Under the pieces are notes generated by a model. That model was not told the DNA's origin. It made no database searches and was given only the letters and a program-made list of their open reading frames with translations. This document shows positions 38,516-50,245 of a stretch of 64,000 nt of DNA, one piece after another. The position numbers and the translations under genes are program-made. Source of the DNA: Malacoraja senta (taxonomy: Eukaryota); contig JAXLNO010000618.1 in assembly GCA_038087875.1 (NCBI GenBank), positions 250,001-314,000 on the forward strand, written 5' to 3'. Numbering within the stretch: the first letter of the stretch is position 1; each line of letters starts with the position of its first letter.

Positions 38516-38575
38516 AATAATAATAATAATAATGGATGGGATTTATATAGCGCCTTTCTAATACTCAAGGCGCTT
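38516..38575 (-). mobile_element. 60-bp L2-type LINE 3' tail insertion
   Basis: Reverse complement AAGCGCCTTGAGTATTAGAAAGGCGCTATATAAATCCCATCC(ATT)n; absent from the paralogous island at about 44455. Confidence 0.75.
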
Positions 38576-38627
38576 GTAATGTAAATGCCAATGTAATGTA
38601 AATGCCAGCGCCTCTTGAGGCCAGGAG

Positions 38628-38826
38628 CCCTGTAGTCCAGGATAGAGACCTGTAGCACAGAATAGAGACCTGCAGCCCAGGATATAGACCTGGAGCCCAG
38701 GATGGAGACCTGTAGCCCAGGATATAGACCTGTAGCCCAGGATAGACCTGTAGGCCAGGATAGAGACCTATAGCCCAGGATAGAGACTTGTAGCCCAGGA
38801 TATTGACCTATAGCCCAGGATAGACC
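38628..38826. repeat. 20-bp minisatellite (CCTGTAGCCCAGGATAGAGA), about 10 copies; second array at about 44492-44687
   Basis: Read directly. Confidence 0.9.
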
Positions 38827-41800
38827 TCTGAAGCCGGGGATTGTCCACATTTAGACAGACGTGAGAAACCTAGATGGAGGAGCCAGTCTCCCAGAAGCAA
38901 GAAATTGTCTCCTAGATGGAGCCAATCCCCCAGATGACATGATTCGCCGAGACGCAGCGAGATGCAGGAGCTAGTCTCCCAGATGTAGTGAGAGGCAACG
39001 AGACAGAATCCTTGAGTTTCTAGGTTTTGAGGTGAAAGTGGAAAACAGCAACACTCTTAATTGATTCTAATGTAAAACGATATGGATATTAAAGCTCATA
39101 AGCAGAATTTAAATCGAATGCAAAATATTATTGAAGGAAACTACATGGAAAATGTACAAATGTTCTGCTGAATTAAATGAAGCCAAATCTAAATGGCTTT
39201 AGATTTGCATTTTAGTAAATAGTACTGTATTTTCATTTATATGCCGTGGACGTACACGTAAATGAAACCCCAAAGTTGAAGGGTGAGATGTAACGTTTGT
39301 ATTTGTCATCAATATTAATATTGGAAATAGTTTGTTATCCACATTAAATTGATTCAAGGTTAAATTTATTAGTATTGAAAAAATTGTGACCTCAAATTTG
39401 AAGGGGGAGATGTAATGTAAATAAATTTGAAGGCGGAGATGTAATGTAAATGCCAGCGCCTCTTGAGGCCAGGAGTACAAGCTGGCGAGTTGGCGTGTGA
39501 CAGCAGACATTACAGAGTGTGAGTGAGCGGGAATATGGGTGAGCGAGAGTGAATGAGAGAGTGGGGTGAGAGAGAGTGAGTGTGAGTGTGAGTGGGTGAG
39601 TGAGTGTGGGTGTTGAGTAGGTGAACAGTGAGAGAGTGGGTGGGTGAGTGCGTGGGTGAGTGAAGAGTGAGAGAGTGGGTGAATGAAGAGTGAGTGAATG
39701 AAGATTGAGTGAGTGAGAGTAAGTGAGTGAGAATAACTGAGTGGGTGAGTGAGTGTGAAAGTGAGTGAGTGCCATGAGAGAGAGACAGTGAGTGAGTGGG
39801 AGTGACGGAGATTGTGAGTGCGTTGATGAGTGCAAGTGAGTGAGCGTGAGTAAGACTAAGTGGGTGTATAGTGAGTGTGGGTGAGTGAAGAGTGAGTGAG
39901 TGAGGGTGAGTGAAGAGCGAGAGTGAGGGAGTGGGTGAGTGAGTGAGTGAGTGAGTGAGTGTGAGAGTGAGTGAGAGTGTGGGTGAGTGAGTGAGTGAAA
40001 GTGAGTGGGTGAGAGAGAGTGAGTGAAGAATGAGTGAGAATGAGTGATTGTGGGTGAGAGTGAATGATTGTGGGTGAGTGAGAGCGAGCGAGTCGGTGAG
40101 AGAGTTTGAGTAAGTGAATAGTGGTTGAGTGGGTGAGTGAGGGTGAGTGAGAGTGGGTGAGAGAGTGAGTAGGTGAATGAGAGTGGGTGAGTGAATGTGA
40201 GTGTGACCGTGAGAGAAGAGTGATTGTGATTGAGTGAAGAGTGAGTGGGTGAGAGTGAGTAAGTGTGTGAGTGACTGAAACTGAGTGAGAGGGTGGTGAA
40301 GAGTGTGAGTGAGAGAGTGAGTGAGTGGGTGAGTGAGAGTGTGAGAGAGCGTGAATGAGTCTGTGAGCTAGTGAGAGAGTGAGAGTGAGTGCGCGGGAGA
40401 GTGAAGAGTGAGTGAGTGAGAGTGAGTGGGTAAGAGATTGTGAGTAAGTGAAAAGTGAGTGAGTTGATGAATGAGAGTGGTTGTGAGAGTGTGAGTGCGA
40501 CAGTGAGTGAGTGAAGAGTGGTTGTGAGTGTGTGAGTGAAGAGTGAATGGGTGAGAGTGAGTGAGATCGAGGGAGTGAGAGAGTGTGAGTGAGAGAGTGA
40601 GTGGTGGGTGAGTGTGAAAGTGAGTGTGGATGAGAGTGAGTGAGAGTGAGAGTGAGTGGGTGAGTGAGAGTGAGTGACAGTGTGGGTGAGTGTGAGTGGG
40701 TGAGTGAAGAGTGAGTGAGAGTGAAGGAGGGATGATTGACAGCGAGTGAGAATGTGAGTGGGTGAGTGCGAGTGAGTGGGTGTGAGTGAGTGACAGTGTG
40801 GGTGAGTGACAAGGTGGGTGAGAGTGTGAGTAGGTGAGTGAGGAGTGAGTGGGTGAGTGAAGAGTGAGCATGTGAGTGAGAGCAAGTGAGAGAGTGTGTG
40901 AGTTAGTGAGTCAGTGAAGAATGAGTGAGAGTGAGTGGGTGAGTGTGTGGGCGAGTGAAGAGTGAGAGAGAGTGGGTGAGAGAGTGAGTGAGTGAGTGTG
41001 AGAATGCATGTATGTGAGAGAGTGAGAGTGAATGAGAGAGTGAGTGAGAGTGAGTGAGAGTGTGAGCATGAGTGAGAGAGTGTGAGTAAGTGAATGGGTG
41101 AGTGAGTGAGTGGGTGAATGAGAGTGGGTGTGAGAGTGAGTGACTGTAAGTGGGTGTGAGAGTTAGTGGGTGAGTAAGAGTGAGAGGATGAGTGAATGTG
41201 AGTGAGTGGGTGAGTGTGATAGTGAGTAAATTATGAGTGAGCGTGTGAGTGAGTGAGTGAAGGGCGAGTGAGTGGTACTGAGAGAGTGTGAGTGAGTGAG
41301 AGAGTGAATGAAGAATGTGAGTGAGAGTGAGTGAGTGGGAATGAGTGGGTGAATGACAGTGTGAGAGTGAGTGAGTGTGCATGATAGTGAGACAGTGAGT
41401 GAGTGAGTGGGTGAGTGTGAATGAGTGAGTAAAGAGTGAGTGAATGAATGAGAGTGAGTGTGACTGGGTGAGTGACAGAGTGAGTGAGTGTGAGTGGGTG
41501 AGTGAAGAGTGAGCGGGTGAGCGAGACTGTGTGAGTGAGTGTGTCAGTGAGTGAGAGAGTGAGTAAGAGTGAGTGAGAGTGTGACTGAGTGAGTAAGAGT
41601 GAGTGATAGTGGGTGAGTGAGAGAGTGGGAGTCAGTGAATGGGTGAGCTTGAGTGAGAGTGAATGAGATAGTGAGTACGTGAATAAGAGTGAGTGAGTGG
41701 GAGTGAGGGTGACTGAGTGTGAGTGGGTGAGTGAGAGTGAGTGAGAATGAGTGAGTGAAGAGCGAGTGAATGGTAGTGAGAGTGAGTGAAGAGTGTGAGA

Positions 41801-44800
41801 GTGAGTGAGTGAGAGAGTGGGTGAATGAGAGTGTAAGAGTGTGTGCATGGGAGTGAGGCAATGTGTGAGTGGGTGGGAGTGAGTGAGTGGGTGAGTGAAG
41901 AGTGAGAGAGAGTGGGTGAGAGAGAGTGAGAATCAGTGAATGGGTGACATTGAGTGAGAGTGAATGAGATGGTGATTAAATGAATAAGAGTAAGTGAGTG
42001 GGAGTGAGTGAGTGAGTGTGTGAGTGGGTGCTAGTGAGTAAAGAGTGAGTGAATGAATGAGTGAGTGAGTGTGAGTGGGTGAGTGACTGAGAGTGAGTGG
42101 GCGAGTGCGTGAGAGAGTGAGGGTGAGTGAGTGAGTGTGAGTGAGTGGGTTAGTGTGTGGGTGAGTGAAGAGTGAGAGTGGGTGAGTGAGACTGAGTGAA
42201 TGATAGTGAGACAGTGAGTGAGAGTGGGTGTGAGATCATGAGTGAGTGGGTGAGAGAGTGAGAGTGTGGGTGAGTGAGTGAGAGTGAGTGAGTGGGAGTG
42301 GGTGAGTGAGAGAGTGGGAGTCGGTGAATGGGTGAGATTGAGAGTGTGAGATAGTGAGTGAGTCAATAAGATTGAGTGAGTGGGAGTGAGTGAGAATGTG
42401 GGTGAGTGTGAGAGTGAGTGAGTGAGTGAATGAGTGAGTGGAGAGCGAGTGAGAGTTAGTGGGCGAGTAAGAGTGAGATGGTGAGTGAGTGTTAGTGTGA
42501 GTGGGTGAGTGTGACAGTAAGTTAAGAGTGAGCGTGTGAGTGAGAGTGAGTGAGTGAAGAGCGAGTGAGTGGTAGTGAGAGAGTGTGAGTGAGTGTATGA
42601 AGAATGTGAGTGAGAGTGAGTGAGTGGGAGTGAGTGGGTGAATGACAGTGTGAGAGTGAGTGACTGTGCATGATAGTGAGACAGTGAGTGTGTGGGAGTG
42701 AAAGTGAGTGAGTTGGTGAGTGTGCATGAGTGAGTAAAGATTGAGTGAATGAATGAGTGGGTGAGTGAGTGTGACTGGATGAGTGACTGAGTGAGTGAGT
42801 GTGAGTGGGTGAGTGAAGTGAGTGAGTGTGAGAGAGTGAGTGTGTGAGAGTGAGTGAGCGAGTGAGAGAGTGAGTGTGAGTGAGTGAGTGTGTTAGTGTG
42901 TGGGTGAGTGAAGAGTGAGTGAGAGAGAGTGAGAGAGAGTGAGTGGGTGAGAGTGAGTGACAGTGGGTGACTGAGAGAGTGAGAGTCAGTGAATGGGTGA
43001 GATTGAGTGAGAGTGAATGAGATAGTGAGTGAGTGAATAAGAGTGAGTCAGAGAGTGTGGGCGAGTGAGTGAGTGAGTGAAGAGTGTGAGTGAGTGAGAG
43101 AGTGGGTGAATGAGAGAGTAAGTGAGTGTGCATGAGTGAGCAATGAGTGAGCGAGCGTGAGTGAGTGTGTGAGTGAGTATGAGTGAGTGTTAGTGAGTAA
43201 AGAGCATGAAAGAGTGAATCAATGAGAGTGAGAGTGTGAGTGACTGAGAGTGAGTGGGTGAATGAAGAGTGAGTGAGTGAGAGAGTGAGTGTGAGTGAGT
43301 GGGTTAGTGTGTGGGTGAGTGAAAAGTGAGAGTGGGTGAGTGAAGAGTGAGAGTGGGTGAGTGAGAGAGTGTGAATGATAGTGAGGCAGTGAGTGAGAGA
43401 GGGTGAGTGAGAAAATGACTGAGTGGGTGAGAGTGTGGGTGAGTGAGTGAGAGAGTGAGAGTCAGTGAATGGGTGAGATTGAGTGAATGAGATAGTGTGA
43501 GTCAATAAGATTGAGTGAGTGGGAGCGAGTGAGAGTGAGAGTGTGGGTGAGTGAGTGTGTGGGTGTGAGAGTGCGTGAGTGAGAATGAGTGAGTGAAAAG
43601 CTGGTGAGTGGTAGTGAGTGTGAATGAGTGAGAGTGAAGAGTGTGAGTGAGAGTGAGAGGGTGGGTGAATGAGAGTGTGAGAGTGAGTGTGCATGAGAGT
43701 GAGACAATGAGTGAGTGGGAGTGAGTGAGTGTGAGTGAGTTAGTGAGTAAAGAGTGAGTGAATGAATGAGTGAGTGAGTGGGTGAGTGACTGAGAGTGAG
43801 TGGGTGAGTGACTGAGAGTGAGTGGATGAGTGAAGAGTGAGTGAGAGAGTGAGTGTGAGTGAGTCGGTGAGTGTGTGGGTGAGTGAAGAGTGAGAGTGGG
43901 TGAGCGAGAGTGAGTGTGAGAGTGAGACTGAGTAAGAGTGGGTGAGAGAATGAGTGAGTGGGTGTGCTGTGAGGTGAGTGTGGGTGTGAGAGTGAGTGAG
44001 AGTGAGGGTGAGGTGAGTGAGTGAAGTGATGGGTGAGATTGAGTGAGAGTATGGAATGGTGATTGAGTGAGTAGAGAGTATGAGTGAGTGAGAGTGAGTG
44101 GGTGTGAGATTGAGTGAGAGTGTGGGTGGTGAGTGAGTGTGAGTGGGTGAGTGAGAGTGAGTGAAGAGTGTGAGAGTGAGAGTGTGTGGGTCAGTGAGTG
44201 TGAGGGTGTGAGATTGTGTGACTATGAGTGGGTGGGTGATAGTGAGAGTGTGATAGTAAGTGAGTGAAGAGCGAGTGAGTGGTAGTGAGAGAGTGTGAGT
44301 GAGCGAGTGGATGAAGTGTGAGTGAGTGAGTGAAGGTGAGTGAGAGAGTGGGTGTGCATGAGTGAGAAAATGAGTGAGTGAGAGTGAGTGAGTGGGTGAA
44401 TGAGAGTGAGTGAGTGAGTGAGAGATGGAATGTAAATAAAGTTGAAGCGGGAGATGTAATGTAAATGCCAGCGCCTCTTGAGGCCAGGAGCCCTGTAGTC
44501 CAGGATAGAGACCTGTAGCACAGAATAGAGACCTGCAGCCCAGGATATAGACCTGGAGCCCAGGATGACCTGTAGTCCAGGATATAGACCTGTAGCCCAG
44601 GATAAACCTGTAGCCCAGGATAGAGACCTATAGCCCAGGATAGAGACTTGTAGCCCAGGATATTGACCTATAGCACAGGATAGACCTCTGAAGCCGGGGA
44701 TTGTCCACATTTAGACAGACGTGAGAAACCTAGATGGAGGAGCCAGTCTCCCAGAAGCAAGAAATTGTCTCCTAGATGGAGCCAATCCCCCAGATGACAT

Positions 44801-47800
44801 GATTCGCCGAGACGCAGCGAGATGCAGGAGCTACACGTAAATGAAACCCCAAAGTTAAAGGGTGAGATGTAACGTTTGTATTTGTCATCAATATTAATAT
44901 TGGAAATAGTTTGTTATCCACATTAAATTGATTCAAGGTTAAATTTATTAGTATTGAAAAAATTGTGACCTCAAATTTGAAGGGGGAGATGTAATGTAAA
45001 TAAATTTGAAGGGGGAGATGTAATGTAAATAAATTTGAAGGTGGAGATGTAATGTAAATGCCAGCGTCTCTTGAGGCCAGGAGTACAAGCTGGCGAGTTG
45101 GCGTGTGACAGCAGACATTACAGAGTGTGAGTGAGCGGGAATATGGGTGAGCGAGAGTGAATGAGAGAGTGGGGTGAGAGAGAGTAAGTGTGAGTGTGAG
45201 TGGGTGAGTGAGTGTGGGTGTTGAGTGAGTGAACAGTGAGAGAGTGGGTGGGTGAGTGCGTGGGTGAGTGAAGAGAGAGTGGGTGAATGAAGAGTGAGTG
45301 AGTGAAGATTGAGTGAGTGAGAGTAAGTGAGTGAGAATAACTGAGTGGGTGAGTGAGTGTGAAAGTGAGTGAGTGCCATGAGAGAGAGACAGTGAGTGAG
45401 TGGGAGTGACGGAGATTGTGAGTGAGTTGATGAGTGCAAGTGAGTGTGCGTGAGTAAGACTAAGTGGGTGTATAGTGAGTGTGGGTGAGTGAAGAGTGAG
45501 TGAGTGAGGGTGAGTGTGTGGGTGAGTGAAGAGCGAGAGTGAGGGAGTGGGTGAGTGAGTGTGAGAGTGAGTGAGTGTGAGAGTGAGTGTGTGGGTGAGT
45601 GAGTGAGTGAAAGTGAGTGGGTGAGAGAGAGGGAGTGAAGAATGAGTGAGAATGAGTGATCGTGGGTGAGAGTGAATGATTGTGGGTGAGTGAGAGCGAG
45701 CGAGTGGGTGAGAGAGTTTGAGTAAGTGAATAGTGGTTGAGTGGGTGAGTGAGGGTGAGTGAGAGTGGGTGAGAGAGTGAGTGGGTGAATGAGAGTGGGT
45801 GAGTGAATGTGAGTGTGACCGTGAGAGAAGAGTGATTGTGAGTGATTGAGTGAAGAGTGAGTGGGTGAGTGAGAGTGTAAGAGAGCGTGAATGAGTCTGT
45901 GAGCTAGTGAGAGAGTGAGAATGAGTGCGTGGGAGAGTGAAGAGTGAGTGAGAGTGAGTGGGTAAGAGATTGTGAGTAAGTGAAAAGTGAGTGAGTTGAT
46001 GAATGAGAGTGGTTGTGAGAGTGTGAGTGCGACAGTGAGTGAGTGAAGAGTGGTTGTGAGTGTGTGAGTGAAGAGTGAATGGGTGAGAGTGAGTGAGATC
46101 GAGGGAGTGAGAGAGTGTGAGTGAGAGAGTGAGTGGTGGGTGAGTGTGAAAGTGAGTGTGGATGAGAGTGAGTGAGAGTGAATGAGAGTGAGAGTGAGTG
46201 GGTGAGTGAGAGTGAGTGACAGTGTGGGTGAGTGTGAGTGGGTGAGTGAAGAGTGAGTGAGAGTGAAGGAGGGATGATTGACGGCGAGTGAGAATGTGAG
46301 TGGGTGAGTGCGAGTGAGTGAGTGACAGTGAGTGACAGTGTGGGTGAGTGACAAGGTGGGTGAGAGTGTGAGTAGGTGAGTGAGGAGTGAGTGGGTGAGT
46401 GAAGAGTGAGCATGTGAGTGAGAGCAAGTGAAAGAGTGTGTGAGTTAGTGAGTCAGTGAAGAATGAGGGAGTGAGTGTGGGCGAGTGAAGAGTGAGAGAG
46501 AGTGGGTGAGAGAGTGAGTGAGTGAGAGTGAGTGAGTGTGAGAATGCATGTGTGTGAGAGAGTGAGAGTGAATGAGAGAGTGAGTGAGAGTGAGTGAGAG
46601 TGTGAGCATGAGTGAGAGAGTGTGAGTAAGTGAGTGAAGAGTGTGAGTGAGAGAGTGAGTGAATGAGTGTGAGAGTGAGTGTGCATGAGAGTGAGACAAT
46701 GAGTGAGTGTGAGTGAGTGAGTGTGAGTGGGTGTGAGTGAGTGTGAGTGACACTGTGGGTGTGAGAGTGGGTGAGTGAGAGTGAGTGGGTGAGTGAAGAG
46801 TGAGCATGTGAGTGAGTGTGAGAGAGTGAATGAGTGAGTCAGTGAAGAATGAATGAGTGAGTGGGTGAGTGTGTGGGCAAGTGAAGAGTGAGAGAGAGTG
46901 GGTGAAAGAGTGGGTGAGTGAGAGTATGTGAGTGTGAGAATGCGTGTGTGTGTGAGAGTGAATGAGAGTGAGTGAGAGTGAGTGGGTGTGTGCGTGAGAG
47001 TGAGTGACAGTGTGGTTGAATGTGTGAGAGTGAGAGAGTGAAGAGTGAGTGAGCGTTAGTGAGTGTGAATTAGTGAGAATGAGTGAATGGGTGAGTGAGA
47101 GTGAGTGAGAGTGGGTGTGAGAGTGAGTGATTGTAAGTGGGTGAGTGAGAGTTAGTGGGTGAGTAAGAGTGAGATGGTGAGTGAGTGCCAGTGTGAGTGG
47201 GTGAGTGTGACAGTGAGTAAGTTAAGAGTGAGCGTGTGAGTGAGAGTGAGTGAGTGAAGAGCGAGTGAGTGGTAGTGAGAGTGTGAGTGAGTGTATGAAG
47301 AATGTGAGTGAGAGTGAGTGAGTGGGTGAATGACAGTGTGAGAGTGAGTGACTGTGCATGATAGTGAGACAGTGAGTGTGTGGGAGTGAGAGTGAGTGAG
47401 TTGGTGAGTGTGCGTGAGTGAGTAAAGATTGAATGAATGACTGGGTGAGTGAGTGTGACTGGATGAGTGACTGAGTGAGTGAGTGTGAGTGGGTGAGTGA
47501 AGAGTGAGTGAGTGTGAGAGTGAGTGTGTGAGAGTGAGTGAGCGAGTGAGTGAGAGAGTGAGTGTGAGTGAGTGAGTGTGTTAGTGTGTGGGTGAGTGAA
47601 GAGTGAGTGAGAGAGAGTGAGTGGGTGAGAGTGAGTGACAGTGGGTAACTGAGAGAGTGAGTCAGTGAATGGGTGAGATTGAGTGAGAGTGAATGAGATA
47701 GTGAGTGAGTGAATAAGAGTGAGTGTGTGGGAGTGAGTCAGAGTGAGAGTGTGGGCGAGTGAGTGTGAGTGAGTGAGTGAGTGAAGAGTGTGAGTGAGTG

Positions 47801-50245
47801 AGAGAGTGGGTGAATGAGTGTAAGTGAGTGTGCATGAGTGAGCAATGAGTGAGCGAGCGTGAGTGAGTGTGAGTGAGTGTTAGTGAGTAAAGAGCATGAA
47901 AGAGTGAATGAATGAGAGTGAGTGTGAGTGGGTGAGTGACTGAGAGTGAGTGGGTGAATGAAGAGTGAGTGAGTGAGAGAGTAAGTGAGTGAGTGGGTTA
48001 GTGTGTGGGTGAGTGAAATGTGAGAGTGGGTGAGTGAAGAGTGAGAGTGGGTGAGTGAGAGAGTGTGAATGATAGTGAGGCAGTGAGTGAGAGAGGGTGA
48101 GTGAGAAAATGACTGTGGGTGAGAGTGTGGGTGAGTGAGTGAGTGAGAGAGTGAGAGTCAGTGAATGGGTGAGATTGAGTGAATGAGATAGTGTGAGTCA
48201 ATAAGATTGAGTGGGAGTGAGTGAGAGTGAGAGTGTGGGTGAGTGAGTGTGAGTGGGTGTGAGAGTGCGTGAGTGAGAATGAGTGAGTGAAAAGCGGGTG
48301 AGTGGTAGTGAGAGTGTGAATGAGTGAGAGTGAAGAGTGTGAGTGAGAGTGAGTGAGAGGGTGGGTGAATGAGAGTGTGAGAGTGTGCATGAGAGTGAGA
48401 CAATGAGTGAGTGGGAGTGAGTGAGTGTGAGTGAGTGGGTGAGTGTGAGTGAGTTAGTGAGTAAAGAGTGAGTGAATGAATGAGAGTGAGTGAGTGGGTG
48501 AGTGACTGAGAGTGAGTGAGTGGGTGACTGAGAGTGAGTGGATGAGTGAAGAGTGAGTGTGAGTGAGAGAGTGAGTGTGAGTGAGTCGGTGAGTGTGTGG
48601 GTGAGTGAAGAGTGAGAGTGGGTGAGCGAGAGTGAGTGTGAGAGTGAGACTGAGTAAGAGTGGGTGAGAGAATGAGTGAGTGGGTGTGGGTGAGTGAGTG
48701 TGGGTGAATGAGTGAGAGCGAGTGAGTGAGAGTGGGTGAGTGAGTGAAAGTGAATGGGTGAGATTGAGTGAGAGTCAATGAGATAGTGAGTGCGTGAATA
48801 AGAGTGAGTGGGTGTGAGATTGAGTGAGAGTGTGGGTGAGTGAGTGTGAGTGGGTGAGTGAGAGTGAGTGAAGAGTGTGAGAGTGAGAGTGTGTGGGTCA
48901 GTGAGTGAGGGAGTGAGATTGTGTGACTATGAGTGGGTGGGTGATAGTGAGAGTGTGAGAGTAAGTGAGTGAAGAGCGAGTGAGTGGTAGTGAGAGAGTG
49001 TGAGTGAGTGAGTGGCTGAAGAGTGTGAGTGAGAGTGAAGGTGAGTGAGAGAGTGGGTGTGCATGAGAGTGAGAAAATGAGTGAGTGAGAGTGAGTGAGT
49101 GGGTGAGTGTGAGTGAGTAAAGAGTGAGTGAATGAATGAGAGTGAGTGAGTGTGACTGGGTGAGTGACTGAGAGTAAGTGAGTGGGTTAGTGTGTGGGTG
49201 AGTGAAGATTGAGAGTGGGTGAATGAGACTGAGTGAAGAGTGAGTGAATGATAGTGCAACAGTGAGTAAGAGTGGGTGAGTGAGAGAATGAGTGAGTGGG
49301 CGAGAGTGAGTGAGAATGAGTGAGAACGTGGGTGAGTGAGAGTGAGTGAGAGAGAGTGAGAGTCAGTGAATGGGTAATATTGAGTGAGTGAATGAGATAG
49401 TGAGTGAGTGGGTGAGTGAGTGAGTGTGGGTGTGAGAGTGTGAGTGGGTGAGTGCGAGTGCGTGAGAGTGTGGGTGTGAGAGTGAATGAGTGAAGTGAGT
49501 GAGTGAGAGAGTGAGAGTGAATGACTATGTGGGTGAGTGAGTGAGAGAGTGAAGAGCAAGTGAGTGAGTGAGAGCGTGGGTGAGTGATAGAGTGGGTAAG
49601 AGTGGGTATGAGTTAGTGAGAGTGAGAGCAAGTGGGTGTGTGAGAGTGGGTGTGAGACTGAATGAGTGTGAGTGGGTTAGAGAGTGTGAGTAGGTGAGTG
49701 AGCAAAACGTGACTTGGAATGAGTGAGTGAAGAGTGAGTTAGTGAGTGGGCTGCGTGAAGTGAGTGAGAGTGAGTTCGTGAGAGTGAGTGGGTGAGTAAT
49801 ATAATGAGTGAAGAGTGAGTGCGTGAGTGAGAGTGCAAGTGAGTGGGTGAGTGAGAGTGAGTGAAGAGTGTGAGTGAGAGAGTGAGAGTGAGTGTGAGAG
49901 AGAGTGAGTAAATGTGAGAGAGTGAGTGAAGTGTGAGTGAGTGGAGAGTGAGTGAAAGAGTGAGTGTGAGTGTGACTAAGTGTGCTGGAGTGAGAGAGTG
50001 AGTGAAGAGTGTGAGTGAGTTAGAGCGAGCGAGTTGAGGGAGTGAGAGTGAGCGGGTGAGTGAGGGTGTAAGTGAAAATGAGTGAGTGTGCGTGCGAGTG
50101 AGAGAGACAGTGATTGGGTGAGTGGGAGTGAGTGACAGTGAGTGAGAATGTGAGTGAGTGGGCGAGTGAGTGTGTGGGTGAGTGAAGAGTGAGGGTGAGT
50201 GAGAAAGTGCGAGTGAGTGAGAAGTGGGTGAGTGAGAGTTACCCG

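Larger units (their letters stand above)
36680..50239. repeat. ~13.5 kb degenerate simple-sequence satellite built from GAGT/GAGTGA/GGGTGA/GAAGAGT words; resumes at 52196-52421
   Basis: Read directly; the + strand is strongly C-depleted; interrupted only by islands at about 38480-39500 and 44420-45120. Confidence 0.97.

Noticed and set aside
38860..39060. Firm call of an endogenous hepadnavirus
   Set aside because: Only a low-complexity SPR-repeat resemblance; no capsid assembly domain or polymerase motifs seen, so it is kept as a hypothesis only
36680..50239. Interstitial telomere or chromosome fusion site
   Set aside because: GGGTGA words resemble telomere variants, but canonical TTAGGG arrays and a head-to-head strand switch are absent
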